A stretch of DNA of 64,000 bases from Patescibacteria group bacterium (GTDB lineage Bacteria; Patescibacteriota; Patescibacteriia; UBA9934; GWF2-40-263). Below, piece by piece: positions 26,598-35,285 of this stretch. Position 1 is the first letter of the stretch; each line of letters begins with the position of its first letter. The position numbers and the translations under genes were made by a program. Location: contig SCUM01000001.1 of assembly GCA_004297215.1 (NCBI GenBank), positions 400-64,399 of the forward strand, in the 5' to 3' direction. The notes under the pieces are model-generated. The model saw only the letters and a list, made by a program, of their open reading frames with translations. It had not been told where the DNA came from and ran no database searches.

Positions 26598-28802
26598 CTA
26601 TTGGCTGATGGCTTCTGGTGTTGGGGCATCGTATCGGAACACGGTCACGGTGCCATCATCCACCGAGAACCAGTCGTCAGCGGTGGCCTTGGCCTGTTCC
26701 ACGATGCGGTCGCTCTGCCACCAGTAGCGGTTGACGGCGAAGAAGACGGACGTGGGGAGTTCACGCATGCATCCGGATACGCATATGTCATTCACGATAT
26801 CGAAGGCGCTCAATGCCGTCTCCTTGGTCGGCGTATCGTTCATTGCAAGAAATGCCTGATACAGATCGCTGCCCGTCGGGATCGGATAATAAAACTGGTT
26901 GCCGTAGTAGTGCGTGAACCCGAGGCTCCTGATGGCGGCCGCGGATACGGATTGGTTGGCGAGCACGAGATACGGCCGCCCGTTCGCGCGGCGTTCGATC
27001 TCGTACACGGCGTTCACGTCGCCCTGGCTCACGTTGATGCCATGGCCCACCACGAACGCGTCGTGGCGCGGGTAGGTGACGTAGAGCGCGGCGGTCATGA
27101 GCGCGGCCGTGAGCAAGACGGTAAACGCGCGCACGAGGACGGGGGAGACCCGCACGCGGCCGAGGATGATGCCGGCGCCCGCGAGCGCGCACGGGGTGAG
27201 GAAGAACGCGATGAGCGGGACGAGGCGTGCGGCGTAATTCTGGCGTTCGTAGTCGATGAGGAAAGAGAAATCGACGGCCGTGGAAAGCAGGAGATAATTC
27301 ACGCCGAGCACGCCGGCCATCACGAGATACGGCTTGGGCGTCGTGTCGCGTCGGAGCTTCCAGGCGCCCAGCAGCGCGACCAGGAGCAGGACGAGGAACC
27401 CGTTGTGCGCCCACAGTTCGGCGAAGTCGAGCAGGGGGCGGAACCCGTTTTGGAAGAAGAGGCCGAGGTGGAGAGAGGAGAGGAGGAGTGATGGAGTGAT
27501 GGAGGAGAGGTCGAAGCCGCTGCCGGTGCCCGACCGGATCGCGTTCACGACGAATGCGGCTGGGAGCACGATGCTGCCCGCGAGCGCGATGAGCCAGAAT
27601 GCGACGCGTCCGACCGTCTTGTGGGACGTGAAGGAAAGGGAATGCGCAAGGCCGAGTGCCAAGAACACGAGCGCGGGGAGGCCGGCGATGGGGTGGATGG
27701 CTGCCGTTGCCACTGCGCCGACGGTGAGCGCGGCCATGCGAGGGCGCCTGTCCGCCGAAGCCTCAGCGAAGGCGGGCTCGAGTCCCATCAAGGTGGGGAC
27801 GGCGAAAAGGGCGAACAGCAAGGTCCAAAGGTTCGCGAGTCCCTGTGGCGTCGTCGTGATGAACGAGGAAAGCGGAAGGAGGAAGACGAGCGTGAGCGCG
27901 GCCGTCGCTCGCGGCCGATCGCGAAGCAGGTGCGCGGCCGCCCCGTACGCGGCCGGGATGAGCAGCAGCGAGGCGAGCGCGGGAAGCAGCCAGAAATCTA
28001 CCAGGTCGATTGGCAAGGAGAACCCGTGCACGAGGAACAGCTCGAGCGCGTATTGCCCGACGTAGTACAGCGGCTTAGGGCTGATGCTCCCTTGCTCGAC
28101 CACGTGCGAGACCGTCGCGCGGTGGATGAACGGATCGAAGCCGGAGCCGATCGGGAACACGAGAACGGACGCGGACAGGAACACGAACAGCGCGGCACAG
28201 GCGAGCGGGATCGCGAGCGCGCGGGAGCGGCCGCTCACAAGCAAGGCGGCGAGCAGCGCGAAGGCGACGAAGGCGCATAGGAACGCGCTCGGGGAGACGA
28301 CGAGCCAGAGAGAACGGATGGGATCCGTGGTGGCCGCGTCCGCGAACGAGCGGAAGAGCAGGGCGAGGAAGAACAGGCTGATGCCGGTCGCGCCGAGCGC
28401 GGCATGGACCGCATGATGCGACTTCGCCTCCTTGAGCGCATGGGACCAGCGTTCCAGGAGTCCGGGGCGATGCGCGCCGCGCCCGAGCAACAGGCTGACG
28501 GGCACGGACAGGAGGAGGACCACGTACGCGACGCCCGGCGGATACTGCCAGGCGTAGTAGGTCGCCGCGCCCGCGATCATCACGCCGGAGAGGAGCAGCC
28601 AGATGCCGACCGGGAGCCGGAGCGACGCATGCTCGACCGGCGCCGCGCGGCGGCCAAGCTGTGACCCGCACAGGAGCAGCCACGCCCCGAGCAAGGCGCC
28701 ACCGAGGACCGGGGAATGGAGCGCGAACGCGTTCCACGCCCAGGCGGCTAGGAAAAGCGCGGCGAAAATGGTAGGGTGGATACGGAAAAAACCGCCAAGC
28801 AT
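26598..28802 (-). CDS. Polytopic membrane protein, possibly a GT-C-fold glycosyltransferase
   Basis: About 15 TM segments, GFDPFIH loop motif, soluble C-terminal domain. Confidence 0.6.
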   Translation of the reverse strand: MLGGFFRIHPTIFAALFLAAWAWNAFALHSPVLGGALLGAWLLLCGSQLGRRAAPVEHASLRLPVGIWLLLSGVMIAGAATYYAWQYPPGVAYVVLLLSVPVSLLLGRGAHRPGLLERWSHALKEAKSHHAVHAALGATGISLFFLALLFRSFADAATTDPIRSLWLVVSPSAFLCAFVAFALLAALLVSGRSRALAIPLACAALFVFLSASVLVFPIGSGFDPFIHRATVSHVVEQGSISPKPLYYVGQYALELFLVHGFSLPIDLVDFWLLPALASLLLIPAAYGAAAHLLRDRPRATAALTLVFLLPLSSFITTTPQGLANLWTLLFALFAVPTLMGLEPAFAEASADRRPRMAALTVGAVATAAIHPIAGLPALVFLALGLAHSLSFTSHKTVGRVAFWLIALAGSIVLPAAFVVNAIRSGTGSGFDLSSITPSLLLSSLHLGLFFQNGFRPLLDFAELWAHNGFLVLLLVALLGAWKLRRDTTPKPYLVMAGVLGVNYLLLSTAVDFSFLIDYERQNYAARLVPLIAFFLTPCALAGAGIILGRVRVSPVLVRAFTVLLTAALMTAALYVTYPRHDAFVVGHGINVSQGDVNAVYEIERRANGRPYLVLANQSVSAAAIRSLGFTHYYGNQFYYPIPTGSDLYQAFLAMNDTPTKETALSAFDIVNDICVSGCMRELPTSVFFAVNRYWWQSDRIVEQAKATADDWFSVDDGTVTVFRYDAPTPEAISQ

Positions 28803-28823
28803 AGCGGCGTCATTGTATCAAAC

Positions 28824-29408
28824 ATGTTCGAGAGGCGCGACCCGCATCAGCTGTACCTGCACGACCATCTGCTCGGGGCCACCGTGGTGCGCCTCGTGCC
28901 GCGATTCGTGACCCCGAACATGATCACCGTGTTCCGGTTCGCGGCAACGCCATTCGTGCTCTGGCTCCTGCTTACGCAGCGCTTCGGCCTCGGGCTCGTC
29001 GCGTTCGTCCTCGTCGCGTTCACCGACGCGCTCGACGGGAGCGTGGCGCGCATCCGCCGGAAGGTCACGGCTTGGGGGACCTTCTATGATCCGGTCGCGG
29101 ACAAGCTGCTCATCGGTTCGGTCGTCCTGCTCGTGGTGCTCCCGCGGCTTCCGTTCGAACTCGCCCTCGCGATCGTCGGGTTCGAGATCGCGATCACCGT
29201 CGGGGCCGCCGTCGGCCGGCGCAAGGGCCGCCTCATTTCCGCCAACGGGTTCGGGAAGACGAAGATGTTCCTGCAGGTGGTCGGCGTCTCGCTCGCGCTC
29301 TTGTCGCTCGCGGCCCCGACGATCCCGGAAGCGCTCACGATCGCCGTCGGCATCCTGTGGATGTCCGTCGCGTTCGCGTTCGTGAGCCTGGTCACCTATG
29401 GCCTTTGA
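28824..29408 (+). CDS. CDP-alcohol phosphatidyltransferase (PgsA-like)
   Basis: TPNMIT..R, DALDGSVAR...G...DPVADK consensus. Confidence 0.9.
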   Translation: MFERRDPHQLYLHDHLLGATVVRLVPRFVTPNMITVFRFAATPFVLWLLLTQRFGLGLVAFVLVAFTDALDGSVARIRRKVTAWGTFYDPVADKLLIGSVVLLVVLPRLPFELALAIVGFEIAITVGAAVGRRKGRLISANGFGKTKMFLQVVGVSLALLSLAAPTIPEALTIAVGILWMSVAFAFVSLVTYGL

Positions 29409-31080
29409 GCCAAGAGGCGCCCTTCGCGCGGGCACGCTCGCGCTCGCGGCCTCCCTCTCGCTGCTCTTCGGCGCCGCGTTGCTCCCTCGTGACGGGGTAT
29501 ACGTCTCGCCCGACGAGATGAGCAACGCCTTTTTCGCGCACCGGTTCGCCGCCACCGGGACGCTCACCGCGTTCGAGCCCCTCAACGCGGGCCTCGATGA
29601 CGCGATGCATCCGCGCAGCGTCGTCGCGATGGACGGACAGCTCGCCCCCGGCGGATTCCTCGGTCTCCCGGCGCTGTATGGCGGGATCATGGGCGTGCTC
29701 GGGACGTGGGCGCTTCCGCTTATCACCCCGATCCTCGCGTTCCTGGCCGTGTTCGCCTGGAGCGCGGTGGTTTCCCGGGCGTTCGGCCGGCGCATCGGGT
29801 TCGTCTCCGCGCTCGTCCTCGCCCTGCATCCGGCCTGGCTGTACTACACGGCCCGTTCGCTCATGCCCAACGTGCCGTTCGTCGCGTTCCTCATCCTCTC
29901 GGCGTTCGCCGCGTCGGCGCGTCCGCTTGCGCGCCGGTTTCCGGCCCTGAATGGAGGCGCCGCCGACCTGCTCGTCGCGGGGTCGCTCGCCGGCCTTGCC
30001 CTCGCCATCCGTCCGTCGGAACTGCTGTGGCTCGTTCCCTCCGCGTTCGCGGCGTGGTTCGTCGCCGGACGCGTGATGCCGCAAGGGCGATCGGCCATCG
30101 CGTTCTTCGCCGGCGTGGCGTGCGTGGCCGCCCCGATGCTCGCGCTCAACGCCCTCACGTACGGGAGTCCGCTCTCGACCGGGTATCCGGCCTCGTCGGT
30201 CATCGCCGCGTCCGCCGCCCCGTCCGCCGCGCCGAGGGCCTGGGAACGCGTCCAGGAAGTCCTCCGTCCGTTCTTCCCGTTCGGCATCCACCCGCGCAAC
30301 GCGCTTCGCGCCGTCTTAGGACACGGCCTCCTGCTGTTCTGGTGGCTGGTGCCGCTGTCGATCGGCGGAGCGTGGCTGTCGCGCGCCTCGCGCGGGGCGA
30401 CGGCGCGGGAGCGCCCGGCCCGCCGCGCGTATCACGCCTTCTTCCTCGTGAGCGCCGCGTATCTCGCGGTGCTGTACGGGAGCTGGGTGATCCATGACAA
30501 CCCGGATCCCGACGCGGTCTCGATCGCCAACAGCTACGTGCGCTACTGGCTGCCGGCCTTCGCGCTGTCCACGCCGTACGTCGCAGCGGCCTCGCTCTGG
30601 CTCGTGGACCGCGCCGTCACGCCGCAGGGCCGCCGTCTCGTCGCCGGCGCGTTGGCGGCCGCAGGCGCGGCCTTAGCGCTCGTCGCGACCGCGTTCGCGC
30701 CGGGCGACGGGCTTCTTGACGCCAGGACGACCCTCGCGCGCGACGCGGCGACGAAGGCGGCGCTCCTGTCGCTCGTCGAGCCCGACGCCGTGGTGATCGT
30801 GGACCGCGCCGACAAGCTGCTGTTCCCGGAGCGCCGCGTGCGCGTCCCCCTGCGCGACGAAGGCACCTACGCCCTCATGCCCAGGCTCGTCTTGCGCGCG
30901 CCGCTGTATTATTTCGGCATCACGTTGCCGCAGACGGACCTCGAGTACCTGAACGGGGAGAAATTGGAGGGGACGGGACTCCGGTTCGTCCCGGCGGAGC
31001 CGTTCGGGGAGGAGACGCTGTATAGGATTGAACCCGCCTCCGCTGAGGCTACGGCGGGCGGGGGGGGAGAAGGGGTATGA
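29398..31080 (+). CDS. ArnT/PMT-like (GT-C) membrane glycosyltransferase
   Basis: SPDE in the first loop, many TM segments, IRPSE, RYWLP motifs. Confidence 0.65.
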   Translation: MAFEPRGALRAGTLALAASLSLLFGAALLPRDGVYVSPDEMSNAFFAHRFAATGTLTAFEPLNAGLDDAMHPRSVVAMDGQLAPGGFLGLPALYGGIMGVLGTWALPLITPILAFLAVFAWSAVVSRAFGRRIGFVSALVLALHPAWLYYTARSLMPNVPFVAFLILSAFAASARPLARRFPALNGGAADLLVAGSLAGLALAIRPSELLWLVPSAFAAWFVAGRVMPQGRSAIAFFAGVACVAAPMLALNALTYGSPLSTGYPASSVIAASAAPSAAPRAWERVQEVLRPFFPFGIHPRNALRAVLGHGLLLFWWLVPLSIGGAWLSRASRGATARERPARRAYHAFFLVSAAYLAVLYGSWVIHDNPDPDAVSIANSYVRYWLPAFALSTPYVAAASLWLVDRAVTPQGRRLVAGALAAAGAALALVATAFAPGDGLLDARTTLARDAATKAALLSLVEPDAVVIVDRADKLLFPERRVRVPLRDEGTYALMPRLVLRAPLYYFGITLPQTDLEYLNGEKLEGTGLRFVPAEPFGEETLYRIEPASAEATAGGGGEGV

Positions 31081-32522
31081 AGGTCGGATATCGGGTGCTG
31101 TCATGGACGTTTCAGCTCGTGATCGTCGCGATCCCGGTCGCGGCGTTCGGTTGGCTGCTTGCGCAGGAACTCGTGCCGTCGGGGACGTTCGTCGTGAACC
31201 ATGCGGTCGGCGAACGGTCGCCGTTCATCGACCGTTTGCTGCCGGACGCGCGGGTGCCGGACGGGCGCACGATCGTGGACGAGCCCGTGACGTTTTTCGC
31301 GCACCCGCATCGCGCGTTCGACGTCATCGACGTGGACGTGCGGTTCAGGAACCAGGGCGCGGGAATCGTGGAACTCGGCGCCCTCGCCGCGGACGGCCGT
31401 TCCTACGACCTGCGTCCGCTCGAGAACTCGCTCATCGACGGTTCGCCCTGGCATCGGCTGGACGCGGACGATCTCGTGCTCCTGCAACGGACGCCCCGAT
31501 ACGCCTCGATCGCCGATTTCCTCGTGAACCTGCCACCGCGGCATGAGATCGCGACGTCCCATTTCACCCTCCCGACCCCGTATCGGATCCCGGGCTACCG
31601 CGCCTCCGACCAGACGCGCGTGATCGACGCCACGCTGCGCGGGTTCCACGCGTTCAAGACGTACGTCGCGGACGAGACGCTCGCCTTCTCCTTCGCGTTC
31701 ATGGACATGAACCGCGACGAGGGCGCCGACCCGGTGTCGGTCGTCGTCACGGATGAGGGCGGGAAGCAGGTCGCGACCACGTCGATCGGCGACGACGGGG
31801 ACGTTTCCGCGCTCGCGCGGCCGTCCTCCATGCGCTCTCTCGACCTGTCCGTGCCCGGACTGCCCGAAGGCGCGTACAAGGTGGAACTTCGCGCCGGCCG
31901 CGACGTCTTCTTCCGCCGCATCACGACGACGCAACAGAAACTGGTGTTCCTGAACGACGTGTTCTTGGGCGACGAAGTGGCGTACAAGGAACCGGCGCGC
32001 CCGGTACGGTTCTGGACCGAGGCCAAGCATCTTTCCTTCTCGACGACCCACGCCGAAGCGGTGCAGGACCTTCAAATCGGCTCCGCGACGGTGGCGATTC
32101 CGGCTCCATATGCGAAGGTCGATGCCTCCGTGTCGGAAGACGGCGTGGTGCGCGTCACCGCCCCCGTTGGCGACGTGCTGGTGGAAGGGGACGGGCATGT
32201 GGCCTTCTCGCCGGAGTCGTTCTTCAACCCCGATCCGGTGCGGCTTGATTGGAACACGGATATCGACCGGCTCGGCGTGAACTTCGTCATCGCCGCGTAT
32301 GAGAGTCCGCGTCGCGAGGGGGAGTGGACCGTGGCGCATGCGAGCTTTGATGCGCGCGCATTGGCCTTCGAACAAGGGGCTTGGAAGTTCGTGTTCTCCG
32401 TGCCGGGCGTGAAGGCGCTCGGCGCCTCGGTGGAAGTGGACCGCATCGACATGGCGTGGCGCCGGCGTGCCTTCCATTGGGAAGATCTGGCGTATGTGAT
32501 ACAACGGAAACTCGGATTATGA
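31077..32522 (+). CDS. Membrane-anchored hypothetical protein
   Basis: ATGA overlap, N-terminal TM segment, beta-rich extracytoplasmic region. Confidence 0.7.
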   Translation: MKVGYRVLSWTFQLVIVAIPVAAFGWLLAQELVPSGTFVVNHAVGERSPFIDRLLPDARVPDGRTIVDEPVTFFAHPHRAFDVIDVDVRFRNQGAGIVELGALAADGRSYDLRPLENSLIDGSPWHRLDADDLVLLQRTPRYASIADFLVNLPPRHEIATSHFTLPTPYRIPGYRASDQTRVIDATLRGFHAFKTYVADETLAFSFAFMDMNRDEGADPVSVVVTDEGGKQVATTSIGDDGDVSALARPSSMRSLDLSVPGLPEGAYKVELRAGRDVFFRRITTTQQKLVFLNDVFLGDEVAYKEPARPVRFWTEAKHLSFSTTHAEAVQDLQIGSATVAIPAPYAKVDASVSEDGVVRVTAPVGDVLVEGDGHVAFSPESFFNPDPVRLDWNTDIDRLGVNFVIAAYESPRREGEWTVAHASFDARALAFEQGAWKFVFSVPGVKALGASVEVDRIDMAWRRRAFHWEDLAYVIQRKLGL

Positions 32523-32878
32523 ACGACCTCCGAGAACTTGAAACGCAGGTGGCCGCGACGGGACTGCGCGCGAGCGTCGCGGCATGCCTCGTCTTTTGGA
32601 CCGCCGAGCTGGTCCGCCCAGGGTTCGTCTCACGGTTCCTATCCGTGCACCTGTTTCTGCTTTCGGCCTTCGCGTTTGGCGCCTGGTACGCCTCGCGCGT
32701 GGAGCGGTACCGCGATTGGCCGCTCGTCCAGTACGCGGTCGCGGCGCTGCTCGTCCCCGCGTGCGCCTACGCGGCCTGGACGCTCGGACAAGGGCTCGGC
32801 GACCTGCGCCTCCTCGCCGCCGCCTTCGCCGCCCTCGTCCCGCTCCTCATCCTCCCCCTGGCCCGATCTTCTTCCTAA
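32519..32878 (+). CDS. Small 4-TM membrane protein
   Basis: ATGA overlap; hydrophobic MNDLRE...ARSSS. Confidence 0.7.
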   Translation: MNDLRELETQVAATGLRASVAACLVFWTAELVRPGFVSRFLSVHLFLLSAFAFGAWYASRVERYRDWPLVQYAVAALLVPACAYAAWTLGQGLGDLRLLAAAFAALVPLLILPLARSSS

Positions 32879-32912
32879 TGCCTTGTCCGCCTGAGGCCTT
32901 CTCCGCCTTCTT
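32879..32912. repeat. Half (3'-arm only) family-A element
   Basis: gccttgtccgcctgaggccttctccgccttc, the reverse complement of the 5' arm at 21615-21637, directly before ATG 32913. Confidence 0.75.
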
Positions 32913-33356
32913 ATGACCGACCCTTCAATAAACTCAGGGTTTAACAACTGCGTCTTCTGCAAGATCGTCACGGGCGACATCCCGTCGCACAAGGTGTACG
33001 AGGACGCCGACACGCTGGCGTTCCTTGACATCCATCCGGTGAACGCCGGGCACACGCTCGTGATCCCAAAGGCGCATTTCGAGAATTTCGCGCAGACGCC
33101 GAAGGAGACGGCCGCGACGCTCCTCCACCTGTCCCAGCGCCTCGCCCCCGGCATCCTCAAGGCGGTCGGGGCCGACGCGTTCAACCTGTCCACCAACAAC
33201 GGCCGCGCGGCCGGACAGCTGGTGTTCCACACCCATTTCCACCTCATCCCGCGTTTCCCGGCGGACGGGCACAAGATGTGGCAAGGTTCCGACGAGCACC
33301 AGGATTTCGCCGCGATGGCATTGAAAATTAAGGAGTGCGTAGGACGTAGTGCGTAG
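32913..33356 (+). CDS. HIT-family nucleotide hydrolase
   Basis: CVFCKI, AFLDIHP..GHTLVIPK, GQLVFHTHFHLIPR. Confidence 0.93.
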   Translation: MTDPSINSGFNNCVFCKIVTGDIPSHKVYEDADTLAFLDIHPVNAGHTLVIPKAHFENFAQTPKETAATLLHLSQRLAPGILKAVGADAFNLSTNNGRAAGQLVFHTHFHLIPRFPADGHKMWQGSDEHQDFAAMALKIKECVGRSA

Positions 33357-33396
33357 GGTTTTTGCCTACGTACTACTAACTACCAACTACGCACTA
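33334..33396. repeat. Family-C inverted-repeat element (GTAGTGC units)
   Basis: gtagtgcgtagg (33346-33357) / cctacgtactac (33365-33376); outer agtgcgtag / ctacgcact. Confidence 0.85.
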
Positions 33397-33402
33397 TCCA
33401 CT

Positions 33403-34371
33403 ATGAAACTCCTCGTCACGGGCGGCGCGGGATTCATCGGCTCCGCGTTCGTGCGCTACACGATCCGCGAACATGCGGACGACCGGGTCGTGACCCTCGA
33501 CGCATTGACGTACGCGGGGAATCTCGAGAACCTTGCGGACGTGAAGGACAACCCGCGCCACGAGTTCGTCCATGGGGACGTCTGCGACCGGCGTCTCGTG
33601 CGGGAGATCGTAAAGGCGAGCGACGCGGTCGTCCACTTCGCGGCCGAAAGCCACGTGGACCGGTCCATCGCCGGCGCCAGCGATTTCGTACGTACGAACG
33701 TCCTCGGGACGCTGTCGATCCTCGACGCGGTGAAGGAACACGGCAAGCGCCTGCATCACATTTCCACCGACGAGGTGTTTGGCGCGCTCAAGCCCGATGA
33801 CAGGCCGTTTAACGAGCATTCGTGCTACGCCCCGCGCAACCCGTATAGCGCGAGCAAGGCCGCGGCCGACCATCTCGTGCGCTCGTACGTCATCACGCAC
33901 GGCGTGAAGGCGACGATCTCGAATTGCTCGAACAATTACGGCCCGTATCATTTTCCCGAAAAGATGATCCCGCTGTTCATCACGAACCTGCTCTCCGGGA
34001 AGAAGGTGCCGGTGTACGGCGACGGCCAGCAGGTGCGCGATTGGATTTACGTGGAAGACCACGTGCGCGGCGTGGACCTGGCGCTGCGTGAGGGGAAGGT
34101 CGGAGAGACCTATCTGTTCGGCGGCGACGGGGAGATTTCGAACCTTGAACTGACGAAGAAGCTGATCGCCTTGTGCGGTCGTGACGAGAGCGCCATCGAG
34201 AACGTCGCCGACCGCCCGGGCCACGACCGCCGCTACGCCATCGATTACGGGAAGGCCAAGCGTGAGCTTGGCTGGGAGCCGAAGATCGGATTGGACGAAG
34301 GGTTGAAACGGACCGTCAAGTGGTTCAAGGCGAACCAAGACTGGGTGGCGAGGAGCAAACGAAGGGGGTAG
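33403..34371 (+). CDS. rfbB: dTDP-glucose 4,6-dehydratase
   Basis: TGGAGFIG, LTYAGN, HFAAESHVDRSI, STDEV, YSASK, DRPGHDRRY. Confidence 0.95.
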   Translation: MKLLVTGGAGFIGSAFVRYTIREHADDRVVTLDALTYAGNLENLADVKDNPRHEFVHGDVCDRRLVREIVKASDAVVHFAAESHVDRSIAGASDFVRTNVLGTLSILDAVKEHGKRLHHISTDEVFGALKPDDRPFNEHSCYAPRNPYSASKAAADHLVRSYVITHGVKATISNCSNNYGPYHFPEKMIPLFITNLLSGKKVPVYGDGQQVRDWIYVEDHVRGVDLALREGKVGETYLFGGDGEISNLELTKKLIALCGRDESAIENVADRPGHDRRYAIDYGKAKRELGWEPKIGLDEGLKRTVKWFKANQDWVARSKRRG

Positions 34372-34431
34372 TGGGTAGTACGTAGTGCGTAGATTATCGT
34401 CCTACGCACTACCACCTACCAACTACGCACT
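34368..34431. repeat. Family-C inverted-repeat element
   Basis: gtagtgcgtag (34382-34392) / ctacgcactac (34402-34412) plus flanking degenerate units. Confidence 0.85.
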
Positions 34432-34439
34432 GAAGTCTT

Positions 34440-35273
34440 ATGAGCATCCTCATCTTCGGCAAAGGGTTCGTGGGAAACCGCTGCGCGGCCGCGTGGAGCG
34501 ACGCCGTGCTTTCGGACGCGCGCGTGACGGACAAGGAAAGCGCTTTGGCGGAAATTCGGCGCGTGAAGCCCGACGCGGTGCTGAACGCCGCCGGGGTGAA
34601 AGGGAAGCCCAACGTGGACTGGTGCGACAGCCATCGGATGGAAACGATCCTCGGCAACACGCTCGAGCCGATCGTGCTTGCGCAGGCGTGTCAGGAAGCC
34701 GGTGTCTACCTGCTGCATGTCGGTTCCGGCTGTATCTTTTACGGCGACAGCCCGCATTCGGACCGAGCCTGGCGCGAAGACGATTTTGGCAACCCGCGCC
34801 CGACGTACAGCCGCGCGAAGTGGGCGGCGGACCTCGTCCTTTCGACCTTGCCCAACGTCGCCATCGCAAGGATCCGCATGCCCATCGACCATGTCCCGAA
34901 TCCGGGCAACCTGCTGCAAAAGCTGGCGGCGTACCCCAAGGTGATCGACGTGGAGAATTCCATCACCGTGGTGGACGACATGGTGTCCGTGTTCCGCCAG
35001 CTCATGGAACAGAAGGCGCCCGGCATCTTCCATGTGACCAATCCGGGAACCGTGAGGCACAAGGAGATTCTCGGACTGTACAAAGAGTTGGTCGATCCCG
35101 GCCATTCGTGCGAGTGGATTTCCGAAGCGGACCTGGTCGGTCAGGGGTTAGCGACGAAAGCGCGCTCGAACAATTTCCTCGCCTCTACGCGGCTCGCCGA
35201 GTTCGGCATCGCGATGCGGCCGGTCAAGGAGGCGTTACGGGATACGGTTGAAAAATTCGCTCGGGCGTCGTAG
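34440..35273 (+). CDS. NDP-4-keto-6-deoxyglucose 3,5-epimerase/4-reductase (NRS/ER-type, RmlD-like SDR)
   Basis: GKGFVG, AGVKGKPNVDWC, SGCIF, YSRAK, RIRMPI. Confidence 0.75.
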   Translation: MSILIFGKGFVGNRCAAAWSDAVLSDARVTDKESALAEIRRVKPDAVLNAAGVKGKPNVDWCDSHRMETILGNTLEPIVLAQACQEAGVYLLHVGSGCIFYGDSPHSDRAWREDDFGNPRPTYSRAKWAADLVLSTLPNVAIARIRMPIDHVPNPGNLLQKLAAYPKVIDVENSITVVDDMVSVFRQLMEQKAPGIFHVTNPGTVRHKEILGLYKELVDPGHSCEWISEADLVGQGLATKARSNNFLASTRLAEFGIAMRPVKEALRDTVEKFARAS

Positions 35274-35285
35274 GGTTTGTCCGGT

